A DNA stretch of 43,851 bases, from NCBI GenBank assembly GCA_004431415.1, contig QPMI01000583.1, forward strand, positions 1-43,851, written 5' to 3'. This document shows positions 11,750-22,160 of the stretch, one piece after another (position 1 is the first letter of the stretch; the number at the start of each line of letters is the position of its first letter). The notes beneath the pieces are model-generated. The model worked only from the letters and a program-made list of their open reading frames with translations. It was not told the DNA's origin and ran no database searches. The position numbers and the translations under genes were made by a program. This DNA comes from Cyanophora paradoxa CCMP329. Taxonomy: Eukaryota; Plantae; Glaucophyta.

Positions 11750-11784
11750 ACATTATTTTTCTTTCCTTCTTAGTAAAAGAAGCA

Positions 11785-12651
11785 ATGGGTGAATATAATC
11801 GAGTTCAACTGCCTATATATTCCCTTGGATCCCCTGCAATGCATTTTCGCCAGCATGAAGTAAATGATGAGGTTCGTGGTTTAGAATCCACAGAGAGACC
11901 CAACTCCAATGGCAACTCCTTTGATAAAAATTCGATTATTCGAGTTAAAGAGCTGAGAGCTGATAAGAATTCTGGTGTGGTTAAAACAACTCGACTTCTT
12001 GTCACAAATGCTAACTTCTTTCAGCCTACTAATGGAGGTCCTGATGCTTACAGTGTTGATCTGAAAGCCCTTGATTATGATAAAAACACTGCTGCTGTAA
12101 CTGTGAGATCAGGAGGAGCATTTATTGGTGGTGGCTGCAGAGTTTCAGGTCAACTTTCATCCTCAATTTCGTATAATGATGTCCCAGATACTCTTGAACA
12201 AAATGTAGAGAACCCACAACGAATTCGATTATATATACCAGTTGCACAACAGCCAGTTATTCAATTTTACCAAGGTTATACTGTCACACTTGAAAACTCT
12301 GAATTGATTGAAGGAACCAAAAGAGTAATGAGAGGGCTGGTCATTCCTTCTGCAATGCTTTCTTTATGTAGAGCCAACAATAACCAGCCAGGTCACAGAT
12401 ACAATTTCAGTGTTCAGGGATATGATCATTTTGGCACAGGGTTCTGTGTCTATAATAACAATTTCACCTATGATCTGTTTGTTACAGATATTGGAAAATA
12501 TACAATTACAGTTATGGGTATCAGAACAGATATAGCTGCTGTCTCAGCTCTAAGAGGTGTTACTCCTGATACTCTTTCTCAAACAGGGTTTTACATGGAG
12601 CCAGATGTAATTGATGACCCAACCCATAAAAGATATATCCCTTTAATGTAA
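11785..12651 (+). CDS. Fibre-like paralog 3
   Basis: Shares IRVKELRADKNSGVVKTT and VRSGGAFIGGG with paralogs 1, 2 and 4; different C-terminal domain ending VMGIRTD. Confidence 0.7.
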   Translation: MGEYNRVQLPIYSLGSPAMHFRQHEVNDEVRGLESTERPNSNGNSFDKNSIIRVKELRADKNSGVVKTTRLLVTNANFFQPTNGGPDAYSVDLKALDYDKNTAAVTVRSGGAFIGGGCRVSGQLSSSISYNDVPDTLEQNVENPQRIRLYIPVAQQPVIQFYQGYTVTLENSELIEGTKRVMRGLVIPSAMLSLCRANNNQPGHRYNFSVQGYDHFGTGFCVYNNNFTYDLFVTDIGKYTITVMGIRTDIAAVSALRGVTPDTLSQTGFYMEPDVIDDPTHKRYIPLM

Positions 12652-12652
12652 A

Positions 12653-13484
12653 ATGGCTGAGCAACCCCACTTGAACGAATTATTACACCTCAACTATCAT
12701 TAGCTGCCCCAGCAAACCATGTTCTACAGCATGCTACCTTTGATGATGTAGAGGGTCTCCAATCAACAGAGGTCCAACCTACAATGAACACCTTTGGTTC
12801 CACCCACAAACTGAGATTACAGGAACTCAGATGTGATAAAAATAATGGTATAGTTAAGACAACTAAGCTACTTGTCACAAATGCAAACTTTTCTGCCCAT
12901 TATGGAGACCCAGATAGTTATGGAGATCCTCTTTCTACTTATTCTTTTGAATCTAGGTCGGGAGCTATTAACTGCAAATCGGGGGGAGCTTATATTGGTG
13001 ATGGTCTTAGGGTTGGTGGGGCTGTTGGAGCGCCTTTATTTGTGAATGATCAACCCAATCCCATTGATCCCAATACAAGAATTCGAACCTATGTCCCCAG
13101 CATGAATGCCCCATACATTATAAAGATATTCCCATTGTTGTGAATGAACAAACAGCAGTAGTAGACTCCCTTGTTGAGATTGGTGACCACTACAAGGTAG
13201 TTGTGGATATTCCACCAGATGTTTATGCTCTTTGTCAAGTAGAGGGTGGAACTCCTAATTTTGCTGTTGTGATCACCCCATATGATAATTTTGGAATTGC
13301 TTATCATGGAGTCAATTTCGGTTTAGAAGATTACCAGTTCTTAGTGAGAGCCACCAAGTTTGGTATCTACAAGTGTGTATTATATGCTGAGAGAACCGAT
13401 TTTATTGCAAGGCAGAATACCTATGCTGAATACTATGGCACAAATCGATATTTCCCCATTTTCGGGCAGGATACTGCTCCATAA
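12653..13484 (+). CDS. Fibre-like paralog 4 (frameshifted)
   Basis: LRLQELRCDKNNGIVKTT...KSGGAYIGDG; C-terminal domain VDIP..VYAL...VVITPY...LYAERTD related to paralog 3. Confidence 0.65.
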
Positions 13485-13506
13485 GAATATTGGTTATATA
13501 TAGAGT

Positions 13507-13779
13507 ATGGATAGTAAAACAAAAAAGTTTATTGATGCTGCTATGACAGTTCATGGTAAAGATAAATTCGATTACAGTGAGACACATTACATCAAAGCTC
13601 AAGAGAAAGTATCTGTTAGATGTTTGCAGTGTAACAAGGTGATCCTAACCTATCCCTTTAATCATGTGAAGGGATCAGGGTGTAGGGAATGCAACAAAAA
13701 GCACTCTCAGGCTTATAGGAAAAGGGCTACTTCATCAATTAGAGTAGAGTATAGGGATATTTGCATTAGGTTCGATTAG
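13507..13779 (+). CDS. DUF723/CapR-homology-like Zn-binding protein (stand-alone homing-endonuclease-associated domain)
   Basis: FI..A..VHG.DKFDYS...Y.....KV.V.CxxC......P.NH..G.GCxxC pattern. Confidence 0.65.
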   Translation: MDSKTKKFIDAAMTVHGKDKFDYSETHYIKAQEKVSVRCLQCNKVILTYPFNHVKGSGCRECNKKHSQAYRKRATSSIRVEYRDICIRFD

Positions 13780-13808
13780 GTTTAATTAATTTTTCTAAGG
13801 TATTCTTA

Positions 13809-14219
13809 ATGGAGACTCAATACAGAGGCTTTCATGTTATGCTTGATTACAAAGCTAAATCAGCTATAGCAACAGGATATGAGCATGTGAGCTTTCTAGG
13901 GAATTGGATAATGGGAACCCTTGAACAAGCAGTATTGAGACAAGGTATTAGGATTGTTCATAAACACTGTGAGATATTTGATGGCAAACTATCACCTCCT
14001 GGTTTTGCATTGGTTCTGCTGTTAGATGAAAGCCATTGCACAGCTCATTGTTATTCCAATGAAGGCATGTTAGCAATTGATATATTCAGTTGTGGTAAAG
14101 AAGCTCAGCATAAAACACAATCAGTAGCAGATGAGATCGATAAAACAATGAATTTCTTAACATTTGAGAAGACTGAGAGACATAACATGATAGATTCCCG
14201 TTTTGATGAGTTTCTATAA
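13809..14219 (+). CDS. speD: Pyruvoyl-dependent S-adenosylmethionine decarboxylase-like proenzyme (short prokaryotic class)
   Basis: PPGFALVLLLDESHCTAHCY...GMLAIDIFSCG with the E|SH autocleavage site and D.FxCG motif; 136 aa. Confidence 0.88.
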   Translation: METQYRGFHVMLDYKAKSAIATGYEHVSFLGNWIMGTLEQAVLRQGIRIVHKHCEIFDGKLSPPGFALVLLLDESHCTAHCYSNEGMLAIDIFSCGKEAQHKTQSVADEIDKTMNFLTFEKTERHNMIDSRFDEFL

Positions 14220-14656
14220 TGATGATCAGGGTGATTTACCTTTTTTATTACAATAGCTTTCTACAATGATTATTTTCCGGATTCCGGACATTTTTTACAA
14301 TAGAATTCTACTGTATGATGTAGCCAAAATATGAATGCATCCTAAACCTACAAGTGTAAGATTTCGAATACTATTCGATTTCCTTACAATAAAACTCAAC
14401 AATCCCCTTGATTCCCCCTATTATATTATATTTATATTTAAGTGGACTCAAGGTTGACTCATATTAATCGTAAAAGTAGTAATAGTATATGGATTTTGTT
14501 ACGAATTCAATGCAAGGGTTGACTAAGTGGGTTGAGTTGACTCAAATTTCACAGGAAATAACAATGAATCAGAGTATAAATGAATTTTTTGAATCAACTA
14601 CACCAACTAACACTGATATTTTCAACAATATATGAGGTCCTTACTGAATATGGTAA

Positions 14657-14758
14657 GTGTCACAGGTGTCACAGGTCTATCCCAAAGTTTTCTATAGCAT
14701 ACAAATGAACTCTCAAAAGTTTGGGATGGACCTGTGACACCTGTGACACCTGTGACAC
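14657..14758. repeat. Iteron-like cassette A: 2x GTGTCACAGG ... 3x CCTGTGACAC (inverted arms)
   Basis: Direct reading; 9-bp period, arms extended by TCCCAAA/TTTGGGA around an AT-rich spacer. Confidence 0.9.
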
Positions 14759-14852
14759 TCGATTATTTCATTTGTTTATTCAATTAGAATTACATAGATT
14801 AGATTGAGACTGAGTTTTTCATTATAAAAGAGATCCTTACTGAATATGGTAA

Positions 14853-14943
14853 GTGTCACAGGTGTCACAGGTCTATCCCAAAGTTTCTCCTATAAAGAGT
14901 AAATTTCCAAAAGTTTGGGATGGACCTGTGACACCTGTGACAC
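14853..14943. repeat. Iteron-like cassette B (same arms as A, different central spacer)
   Basis: Preceded by the same CCTTACTGAATATGGTAA as A; 2+2 repeats. Confidence 0.9.
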
Positions 14944-15195
14944 CCAATTATTCATCAAATTCCTAAGGGTCCCCCTTAGACTCATTAAAACATGATAATA
15001 ACATATCAATTTCATGTATAATTACGATTGGATTCAATAAGAGATCTATTTGTTTTATTAAACAAATGAATCTTATATGGATCTTAATCGAGTTAAGCGA
15101 TATGTTTACGATTAAATGAATTAAATTTAATTAAATTTAATCGAGAAAGTACATGAATATAATATCGATTAAATCAATTAACAAAAAGACCAATC

Positions 15196-15478
15196 ACACA
15201 TAGTAAAATGCGGAGTTTTAACCAGAGGCAAGATCTAATTGAGATTCAGTTATATTATTCGGAATTTTATACAGATTATCGATAGACTCAGTAAGAATAA
15301 TCGGAAAATAAGAGAAATTTACGATAAAATATCGAAAAGAATACAAAATAATCGAAATAATTGAATATTCGATAAGATATACACAGATTATCGATTGATT
15401 GAAATAGAATATACGAGATATATCAACAAAATCAATTAAGATAAGCCGAGGGTTAAAACTCCGCATTTTACTATGTGT
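15196..15478. repeat. Terminal 283-bp unit bounded by a perfect 28-bp inverted repeat
   Basis: ACACATAGTAAAATGCGGAGTTTTAACC at 15196-15223 and its reverse complement at 15451-15478. Confidence 0.95.
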
Positions 15479-15532
15479 CGAGGGGAGGCGCACGGTGGTT
15501 CGGGTTGCACGGGGCGGGGACGACGGGGACAC

Positions 15533-18445
15533 CGTACGCGACAGCCGACAAGCTGAGGCACATGCCCGTCGACGCGTCCCGCACCATGAACGACCCCTAA
15601 GAATGGCGGAGTGCACGTCAGGATGATCATCTGCATGAGCTTTGATTCGTGAAGAATTATTCTATATATATAGCTTAATCTGAGTTCTTCTATAGCTAAA
15701 TCTGAATCAGAGTTGAAGTGGGCACCTCGGGCACAACCTTCTCGCCGAACGGTGTACGTAAGAGTGATCGGTGGAGGGGCCCATCCATATCCACATGCGC
15801 ATTCGCCGAGTCAGTCAAATTGGGGGGAAAGAATGCGCATGCACAGTAAGATTCCGTATCCGACAATCCGCATATGCGCACCGGGTTGACCAAGGGGCAT
15901 TTCATGTCCGTTGGGAGCGCGCAAGTCCCGTTATCACTGGACGTGTGCATATCAAGAACGCAGGAGTGGCATTGCTGCCCCATCGCACCGGCACATGCTT
16001 GTGATTTGCGCCGTGTAATCTATGCTGGGACCTTCGACATCCAGGCAAGCACCCTGAGGAGCGAAAAGAATTGCGTTTAAGCGCATGCGCATTTCTAATC
16101 TTCTTATCTTATATTGATACGTATACCACGAAACACACCGTTAGACACGACTTCGGGCCCGGGGCGGCGGCTTTGAATTCCGGGCTCAACTGCATTTTCC
16201 TGAGCGGCGCATCCGAAATCAAATATCGAACATTGGTGGGCCGTGGCAGGGGCCCTAATATTAAATATTGCGGCAAATTCGAATGTTTGAAGCCACGGCG
16301 GCGCACCCGACGACGTTCTGCTCCGGCAAGTGAATTTGCTTCACGTCGGTTCGCGTCTCAGAGGCGACGTCCTGCGACCAACCTTCATGATCAGCTCTAA
16401 CCCGAGGAGAAGGGCACTCTAATTTGAGATTATCTCATGACTCGAGCCGCGCACCCGCGTGCCGACGATCTTGCTGGTGGGTGCGAGGGCGGGCAGCCCT
16501 TCGGGGAGCTCTGTGCCGCCGGGGAGGGGCGTCTGGCAGCGCAGCGCGGCGTGTGAGATCCAGATCTAGAGTGGGACCGACGTCGACAGCACGGTCGTTC
16601 AGTCCGGCCCGTGGCTGACCTGGATGGGTTTGATCGCCTCCGACTCGGTGTGCGAAGTCTTGGTGGTGCTCTCCCGGTCCTCGCGCGCGTGCACCTCGTA
16701 CCTCCCGACCTGCGCGCCGAGGATAAAAAATGTGATGGCAGCCACGGCGACCGGCAATTACGCGGTCATCGCGGAATCACCTCGAGTCCTGCGCGATTGC
16801 GATTGCAATCGCTGTAGTCAGCGATAAAGAAGATTTCTGCAGCATATCAATGCTCGCGATCGCACCTGGCTTGGCGTATTGGCCGATGTTGAAGCCGCCG
16901 TCCAAGAACGTGTAGGGACCAACGCCACTGATCGTGCCGGTCTGTGCGCGCATACGCAGGAATCAGCACTTGCGAAACGACCTTCGCAGCAGCTCATGCA
17001 TTTACGATCAGCTTAATTAATTAAATATTAAATAAAGTACTAGTGGTTGGCGGACCATTGTCTTCGTGAATGTGCCCTTCTCCTCGACGGTACGTTGGAA
17101 TTCGCTGTGCGTGTTCTGATCGTATTTGAGGGTGTACGGAATCGTTTGGACGTCCTGGACATGGATATCGTGTGAACGGAATGCGTCTTTATTAAAGAAT
17201 TTTGAACATCGATGTCCTATCATCAGCAAGTCACCTTCGACTGCGCCGTGCCCGGCAGGACTGTGCGAACGACCTCTCCCGCCTCGAGGTTCTGCGGAGC
17301 AAATAGAAATCATATTAGAGCGGTACCGGTACCGATTGCCCGTCGAAACCCGGGACTACTTTAATTCGCGGTTGCGTGCAAATTTTCTGAAAAAAGAGAA
17401 CAACAGACAATTATGCGCTGTATAGCGAGCATTTTTCGTGTGTTCATCCTGCGTGTGGCCTAGGCATGGCATGCGAGAACCGCACCGTGTCGAGGGCGTA
17501 CGCGCCGAGAAGCATCGCTTCGATCTTCCCCTGGACGTCGTCGTCGGCGAAGCTCGAGAGATCGGCGAGCGGCGTGGCGCTCGTCAGAGAGAGCGAGTAG
17601 AGCTGCGCCGGAAAGCTGCGGCGGTTCGCGATCACCATTAATATTGCCGCTGTACACATCGGCAATCGCTTATTGAGTATTCGCACCAGGGGCCGGTGCC
17701 GGAGCACGCCGGCTGCGCGGCGGCGTACTCGACGACCTCGTTCTCTGTGGTCGTGACCGACGCGCCCTCCTGCGCCCACTCGCCGGCGGCCCCCGGGGCC
17801 GGGGTCCGCTCCGGAGACGAGGGGGACTTGGGGCCCTCGATGGGCGGGAGGACGCCGCTGAAGGACTCGCTGAGCGGATCGCGGGTCCAGCTGATCTCGT
17901 CCGCCGCCGGCGCAGGGATATGGTTCTGATCGCTGCGCGAACGAGATTAATATTGCCCGGTGATGATTCGATCAATTTCCATCGCAATTAATATATATTT
18001 TACAACGGAGGCAAAAAGCGCACGCAATGGGGACCTCTTTCCCGTAATAAATGTCCGTGGGCGTGACTTGCTGCTGGATCACGTACTTGCCTAGGATTCC
18101 AAATAACGTCAGCTTTAGGTTAATACGGCGCTATTTAGCTAGCTATAGCAGCAGTGCGCATATTACCCGAACCGCACCAGTCTCCGTGTAGCTGTCGGTC
18201 GCGTCCGTCATCTTTTCCTGCTTGTACGGGTCCGTATATCTGGAAGATCGCGATAAGCATTCAGATTTCTCGAAAGACCCGGGTGACCGGAGCGACCACG
18301 TGCACGGCCAGCTGCGCATGCAGGGATCCGATCGAATCCATCGTAAATTTGCACTCACGTGTAGGTCTGCGTCCTAGTGCCATCCAGAGTGTAGGGACCG
18401 GAGCCATTGTAGACAGCCGTGTCAACGCGAATCTTCCCCACCTCT
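15533..18445 (-). CDS. Host multi-exon gene of unknown function (more than 12 short exons; one Cys-rich EGF-like stretch); boundaries approximate
   Basis: Repeated GC-rich open exons bounded by (C/T)AG acceptors and GT(G/C)NN donors. Examples: 17154-17056 (99 nt, DVQTIP...TKTM), 16709-16620 (90 nt, VGRYEV...KPIQ), 15630-15533. GECACGYGW near 15800. Confidence 0.6.
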
Positions 18446-19973
18446 GAAAAAGGCAGCTCGTATGAGCCCTGCCACGCGGATGTGCAAATATATATAAGTG
18501 CCACGCGAGGTTGACAGCTACGGGGTTCAATGATATCATCGATGGGACAGCTGTTGAACGCACGGCCTCAATCTTGACGCCGGGCGCCGCATTGAGCGCA
18601 TTGCAGGAAGTGGTCGCCATGCCTCCGGGTCAGTTATATGCAGCTTTATGGCGTTACCCGCTCGAGAGAAGACTGGCGACCTATGTTCGTAAGCAGACGT
18701 TGAGCCCGAGCATGCAGTGCACGCCGCGGCGCGTATATACGTACGTGAGCGACCACGCGCGGGGTCGTAAGTCGAGCTGCTGAATCTATGGATATAAATG
18801 CCCAAGCTTCAGCCGCGGTTCGCGCGTGCGTACGTATACGCGTGAGCTTGAGGCAGCTGAAGCTGCCGACTGTGTATATAGACTCAGTGATCGGATGTGC
18901 GCCTCCGCCGCCACGACTGGCCATGGTGTGCGCGGCGACAGCAACCTGCGAACGGCGAGCTCAGGCTGCTTTCCAAGGTCCGACAAAGGGCGACGTCGAC
19001 GGTCTCAGCTTTGCCGCGCGCCTCGCGAATCGCGATGATCGGTGCGGCCGCTCTGCACGGAGTCTATGGCCAGGGCCCAGTGGCAGCCGCTGAGCCTGGC
19101 AGGACCATCGGACGGCCGCGGGAATCGCGCATGCGCATGCACGCGCAGCTCACTGAGTCAGCTGCAGGCTCAGCCTGCAGCCTGCAACTTGGCAAGAAGG
19201 ACGCTCGGCGCGGAGTCGCCGCGGCCCGGCGGACCCGCCACTGGCCGCCAGCACCGGGCCGGCCGCGAGCCCGGCCCGCGGCCCGCGGGACTCCGGGGAG
19301 TTCGATGAACTTCGCCGAGTCGATCGGAGTCCGATCCAAAACTCCGAAGCTCAAGCTCTCGAGTTAAACTCGCGAGTCTGATCGCAACTCCGGGGCCGGG
19401 TACACCGTGTGCTTCAAGTTGCCTTCGTATATACGTACGTTTCGAAAAACGATTTTTTTGATTTTTTTAAATTTTCTTCAAGAAGATGCCTTCTTCGTGC
19501 TGCTGAATCGTGCATGCGCAGGCTAGCTGCAGCCTGCAGCTCTAGCCATTTTTTTTCGTGACACGAATTCGAAGCCTTGGTTCATGATCAGGCTCATGAT
19601 CAGGCTCAGGCTCAGTGGACAGGCTTCCTTGGCCATGGAGAGTAGTGGACAGGATTCCGTGGACAGGCTGCCAATGCCTGCCAGAGCGAACGCTCGAAGC
19701 CAGCATGCCTACAATCGTGCTAAGGCGCCGCAGGTTCAGCCGTCGCGGCGTTCTCGGCTGGAAGGAACGACGAGAAGATCCTCAGGCGCCTGCGCACGCG
19801 GCACGAACGCAAGGGTTCGACTTGCGCGGACCGACCGCGACCGGAGGCGGCGAGCGGGGCGGGGCGCGGGCGCGGGGAGGCGGGCCGGGCCGGGCCGGGG
19901 GCGGGGCTTTTATCAATGAATTCGCACACACCGAGACAATACGGCTAATGATAGAACTGAGGTGTCCGTAAAG

Positions 19974-20877
19974 TGTCAAGTCGAAAGATGAGCCTACTGG
20001 TTACGCCGGGTAGGGAACCTATCAGCCATCGGACAGGGTGGAGCTAGTCAAGGAGACGTAAACTAAAGCAAAGCTAACCCAGAGCAGAGAGCTACTACCT
20101 ATACATCTAGCCTAGCTTAGGACTAGGCTACAGAGAGGACTACCCAGGGGTCTACGAGTGCTGCCTGCTAGTGCTGCCTGCCTAGGGACCGTCGGGACGT
20201 CCGGAGCTCGCGGGCTGTTCTACTGTACGGTAGGAAAGCCAGGACGGACCCGCGGTCTAATCTGCCTACTCTCGACGCGGCCGCGACTACAGCTAGCGCG
20301 GCGGGCTCCGCGTCGAGGGGGCCGCTCGCCCGAAGCGCGGGTGGAAGCACGTCGGCGTAGAGGGGCCGAGGGGAATGAGGCGAGGGGGACGTTGCGGGGA
20401 AGAAGTGGGGCGGGACGGAGAAGGTCGGCGCCGGCCGTGGCGGGGAGGGGAGGGTCGGATTTCTCGGTCAGCAGGGCTTCCAGCCTCGAACCAGCCGCCG
20501 CACCCCCGCCGCGGGCAATTGCGAGCCCCCCTCCGCGGCGGTCCTTCAACCCACGGTCCTGGCACGATGGCCGGGGTATCTGGTGGGTGCAACGACCAGC
20601 CGAAGCCTTCCGCCAAGCCTTCCGGTCCATCGTTCCCTCCCTGTCGAGGCGCGAGGAGCGTTGGCGAGGTCGTGAGTGGGAGGCAGGGCCAAGAGAGCGA
20701 GCAGGAGGGCAGAACGGGAGAGGGAGGCAAGGCAGGCGCTCGCTTGGGCGGGCCCAGCGAGTCGGACGGGGCGGCTATATCTAGTGTGTGCGAGGCTAAG
20801 AGTAGAGCAGGGAAGTTTCTCGAGGACTAGGTATGGTGAAGTAGTAGGTAGGTGGTGTCGAGAGTCTCCTCCCGACG
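19974..20877 (-). mobile_element. Probable LTR (about 0.9 kb) of an LTR retrotransposon, preceded on the minus strand by a poly-G polypurine tract (20880-20904)
   Basis: Minus strand reads AAAG(n)CTA then CGTCGGG...CTTGACA, i.e. near TGTC...GACA termini directly after a purine tract. No pol or gag is visible and the 5' end is CG rather than TG. Confidence 0.45.
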
Positions 20878-21757
20878 TAGCCCCCCCCCCCCCCCCCCCC
20901 CTTTCGCGCGACTCGGGGTACCGTTTAGAGCGGGCTAGGATGTGGCTCCCAAGGGCGTACCTTGACGCAATCGTAGAGCTCTTGGGCACGGAGCGCCGCC
21001 TTCCAGCCCGCGTACTCCGGTGGGCAGTCTGCGTTCCGAGCGGCGTTGAGTAGATTGTGAAGGCGAATCGGCCCGTCGCAGGCGGCGCAGACTTCCTTAC
21101 AGGTCCGGGGGCCGCGGGCCCGCTCTCGGGCGCGGGCGCCCGTGCGGGGCGGGCGCGGTCGCGGGGCCGGGGGCGGGGCGCACCGGAGGACGGGGAGGAC
21201 CTGGGCGTCGAAGGAGAGCTCGCCCAGGTCACACATAGTAAAATGCGGAGTTTTAACCCTCGGCTTAATCTTAATTGATTTTGTTGATATATCTCGTATA
21301 TTCTATTTCAATCAATCGATAATCTGTGTATATCTTATCGAATATTCATTTATTTCGATTATTTTGTATTCTTTTCGATATTTTATCGTAAATTTCTCTT
21401 ATTTTCCGATTAGTCTTACTGAGTTAATCGATAATCTGTATATATTTCCGAATAATATAACTGAATCTCAATTAGATCTTGCCTCTGGTTAAAACTCCGC
21501 ATTTTACTATGTGTGATTGGTCTAAAAGTTAATTGATTTAATCGATATTATATTCATGTACTTTCTCGATTAAATTTAATTAAATTTAATTCATTTAATC
21601 GGAAATATATCGCTAAACTCGATTAAGATCCATAAATGATTCATTTGTTTATATTAACAAATCGATCTCTTATTGAATCCAATCGTAATTATACATGAAA
21701 CTTATATGATTTTATCATTGTTTTGTTGAGTCTAAGGGGGGACCCTTAGGATTTTGG

Positions 21758-21859
21758 GTGTGACAGGTGTGACAGGTGTGACAGGTCAATCCCAAGGAAA
21801 GTCCTAGTGAGAAATTGATTTTTAAAATCCACGGGATAAACCTGTCACACCTGTCACAC
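21758..21859. repeat. Iteron-like cassette C: 3x GTGTGACAGG ... 2x CCTGTCACAC
   Basis: Positional equivalent of cassettes A/B, but all five repeats carry the C/G variant. Confidence 0.9.
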
Positions 21860-21896
21860 AAACCATATTCAGTAAGGACCTCATATATTGTGAAAA

Positions 21897-22160
21897 TCTC
21901 AGTGTTAGTTGGTGTTAAATCTTTCAGGCAGCATTTATTTGTCAGGCATTAAATCTATCGATTTTCATAAAGTATTTTATTTTGGCTAAGTCATTGTTTG
22001 GATCAACAATGAAATTTGAATTATAGAAAAGTTTTCTAAAAAGGTGCCTGACAATGCCTGACATACTATATAAGTGCCTGACAACTATATTATAGTGCCT
22101 GACAAACCATATATGGTAATACTATATGATATCTTCTACTTTCTCAGTGTTAGTTGGTGT
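21897..22160. repeat. Iteron-like cassette D (TGTCAGGCA/TGCCTGACA) between 19-bp direct repeats TCTCAGTGTTAGTTGGTGT
   Basis: Direct repeats at 21897-21915 and 22142-22160; motif at 21924 (partial), 21940, 22045, 22055, 22075, 22096; absent from the copy-1 TIR. Confidence 0.88.

Larger units (their letters stand above)
1..15478. mobile_element. Endogenous Polinton/Maverick-like virus, copy 1 (right part; left end outside window)
   Basis: AT-rich block of capsid, penton, ATPase and fibre genes. It ends sharply at ...CATTTTACTATGTGT (15478), the reverse complement of the start of copy 2, followed by an abrupt switch to GC-rich DNA. Colinear with about 34010-41050. Confidence 0.92.
14410..15478. 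repeat. Right terminal inverted repeat of copy 1 (core 14962-15478; extended homology to about 14410 around variable cassettes)
   Basis: Reverse complement of 21231-21750 and, after the cassette region, of 21862-21915 and 22143-22345. Confidence 0.9.

Noticed and set aside
14276-14290. Tandem TCCGGA as a PLV promoter motif
   Set aside because: Lies downstream of the last gene and is not repeated upstream of any ORF.
14634-14945. CRISPR-like array (constant arms with variable spacers)
   Set aside because: Only two units, inverted-arm architecture, no cas genes, eukaryotic context; better explained as origin-like cassettes.
15218-15616. ORFs 15218-15616 and 21142-21492 with similar C-termini
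   Set aside because: They read from host DNA into the TIR; the similarity only reflects the repeat.
19580-19670. Short repeats (CATGATCAGGCT x2, GTGGACAGG x3)
   Set aside because: Low-copy simple repeats in host intergenic DNA with no supporting structure.
15479-21230. Host interval as viral cargo, or both ends belonging to one insertion
   Set aside because: The outer termini face away from the interval, the flanks share no duplication, and its composition and intron structure are host-like.
18786-21278. Numerous Arg/Gly/Pro-rich ORFs in the ORF track
   Set aside because: Overlapping in all frames, as expected by chance in high-GC DNA; no recognisable domains.
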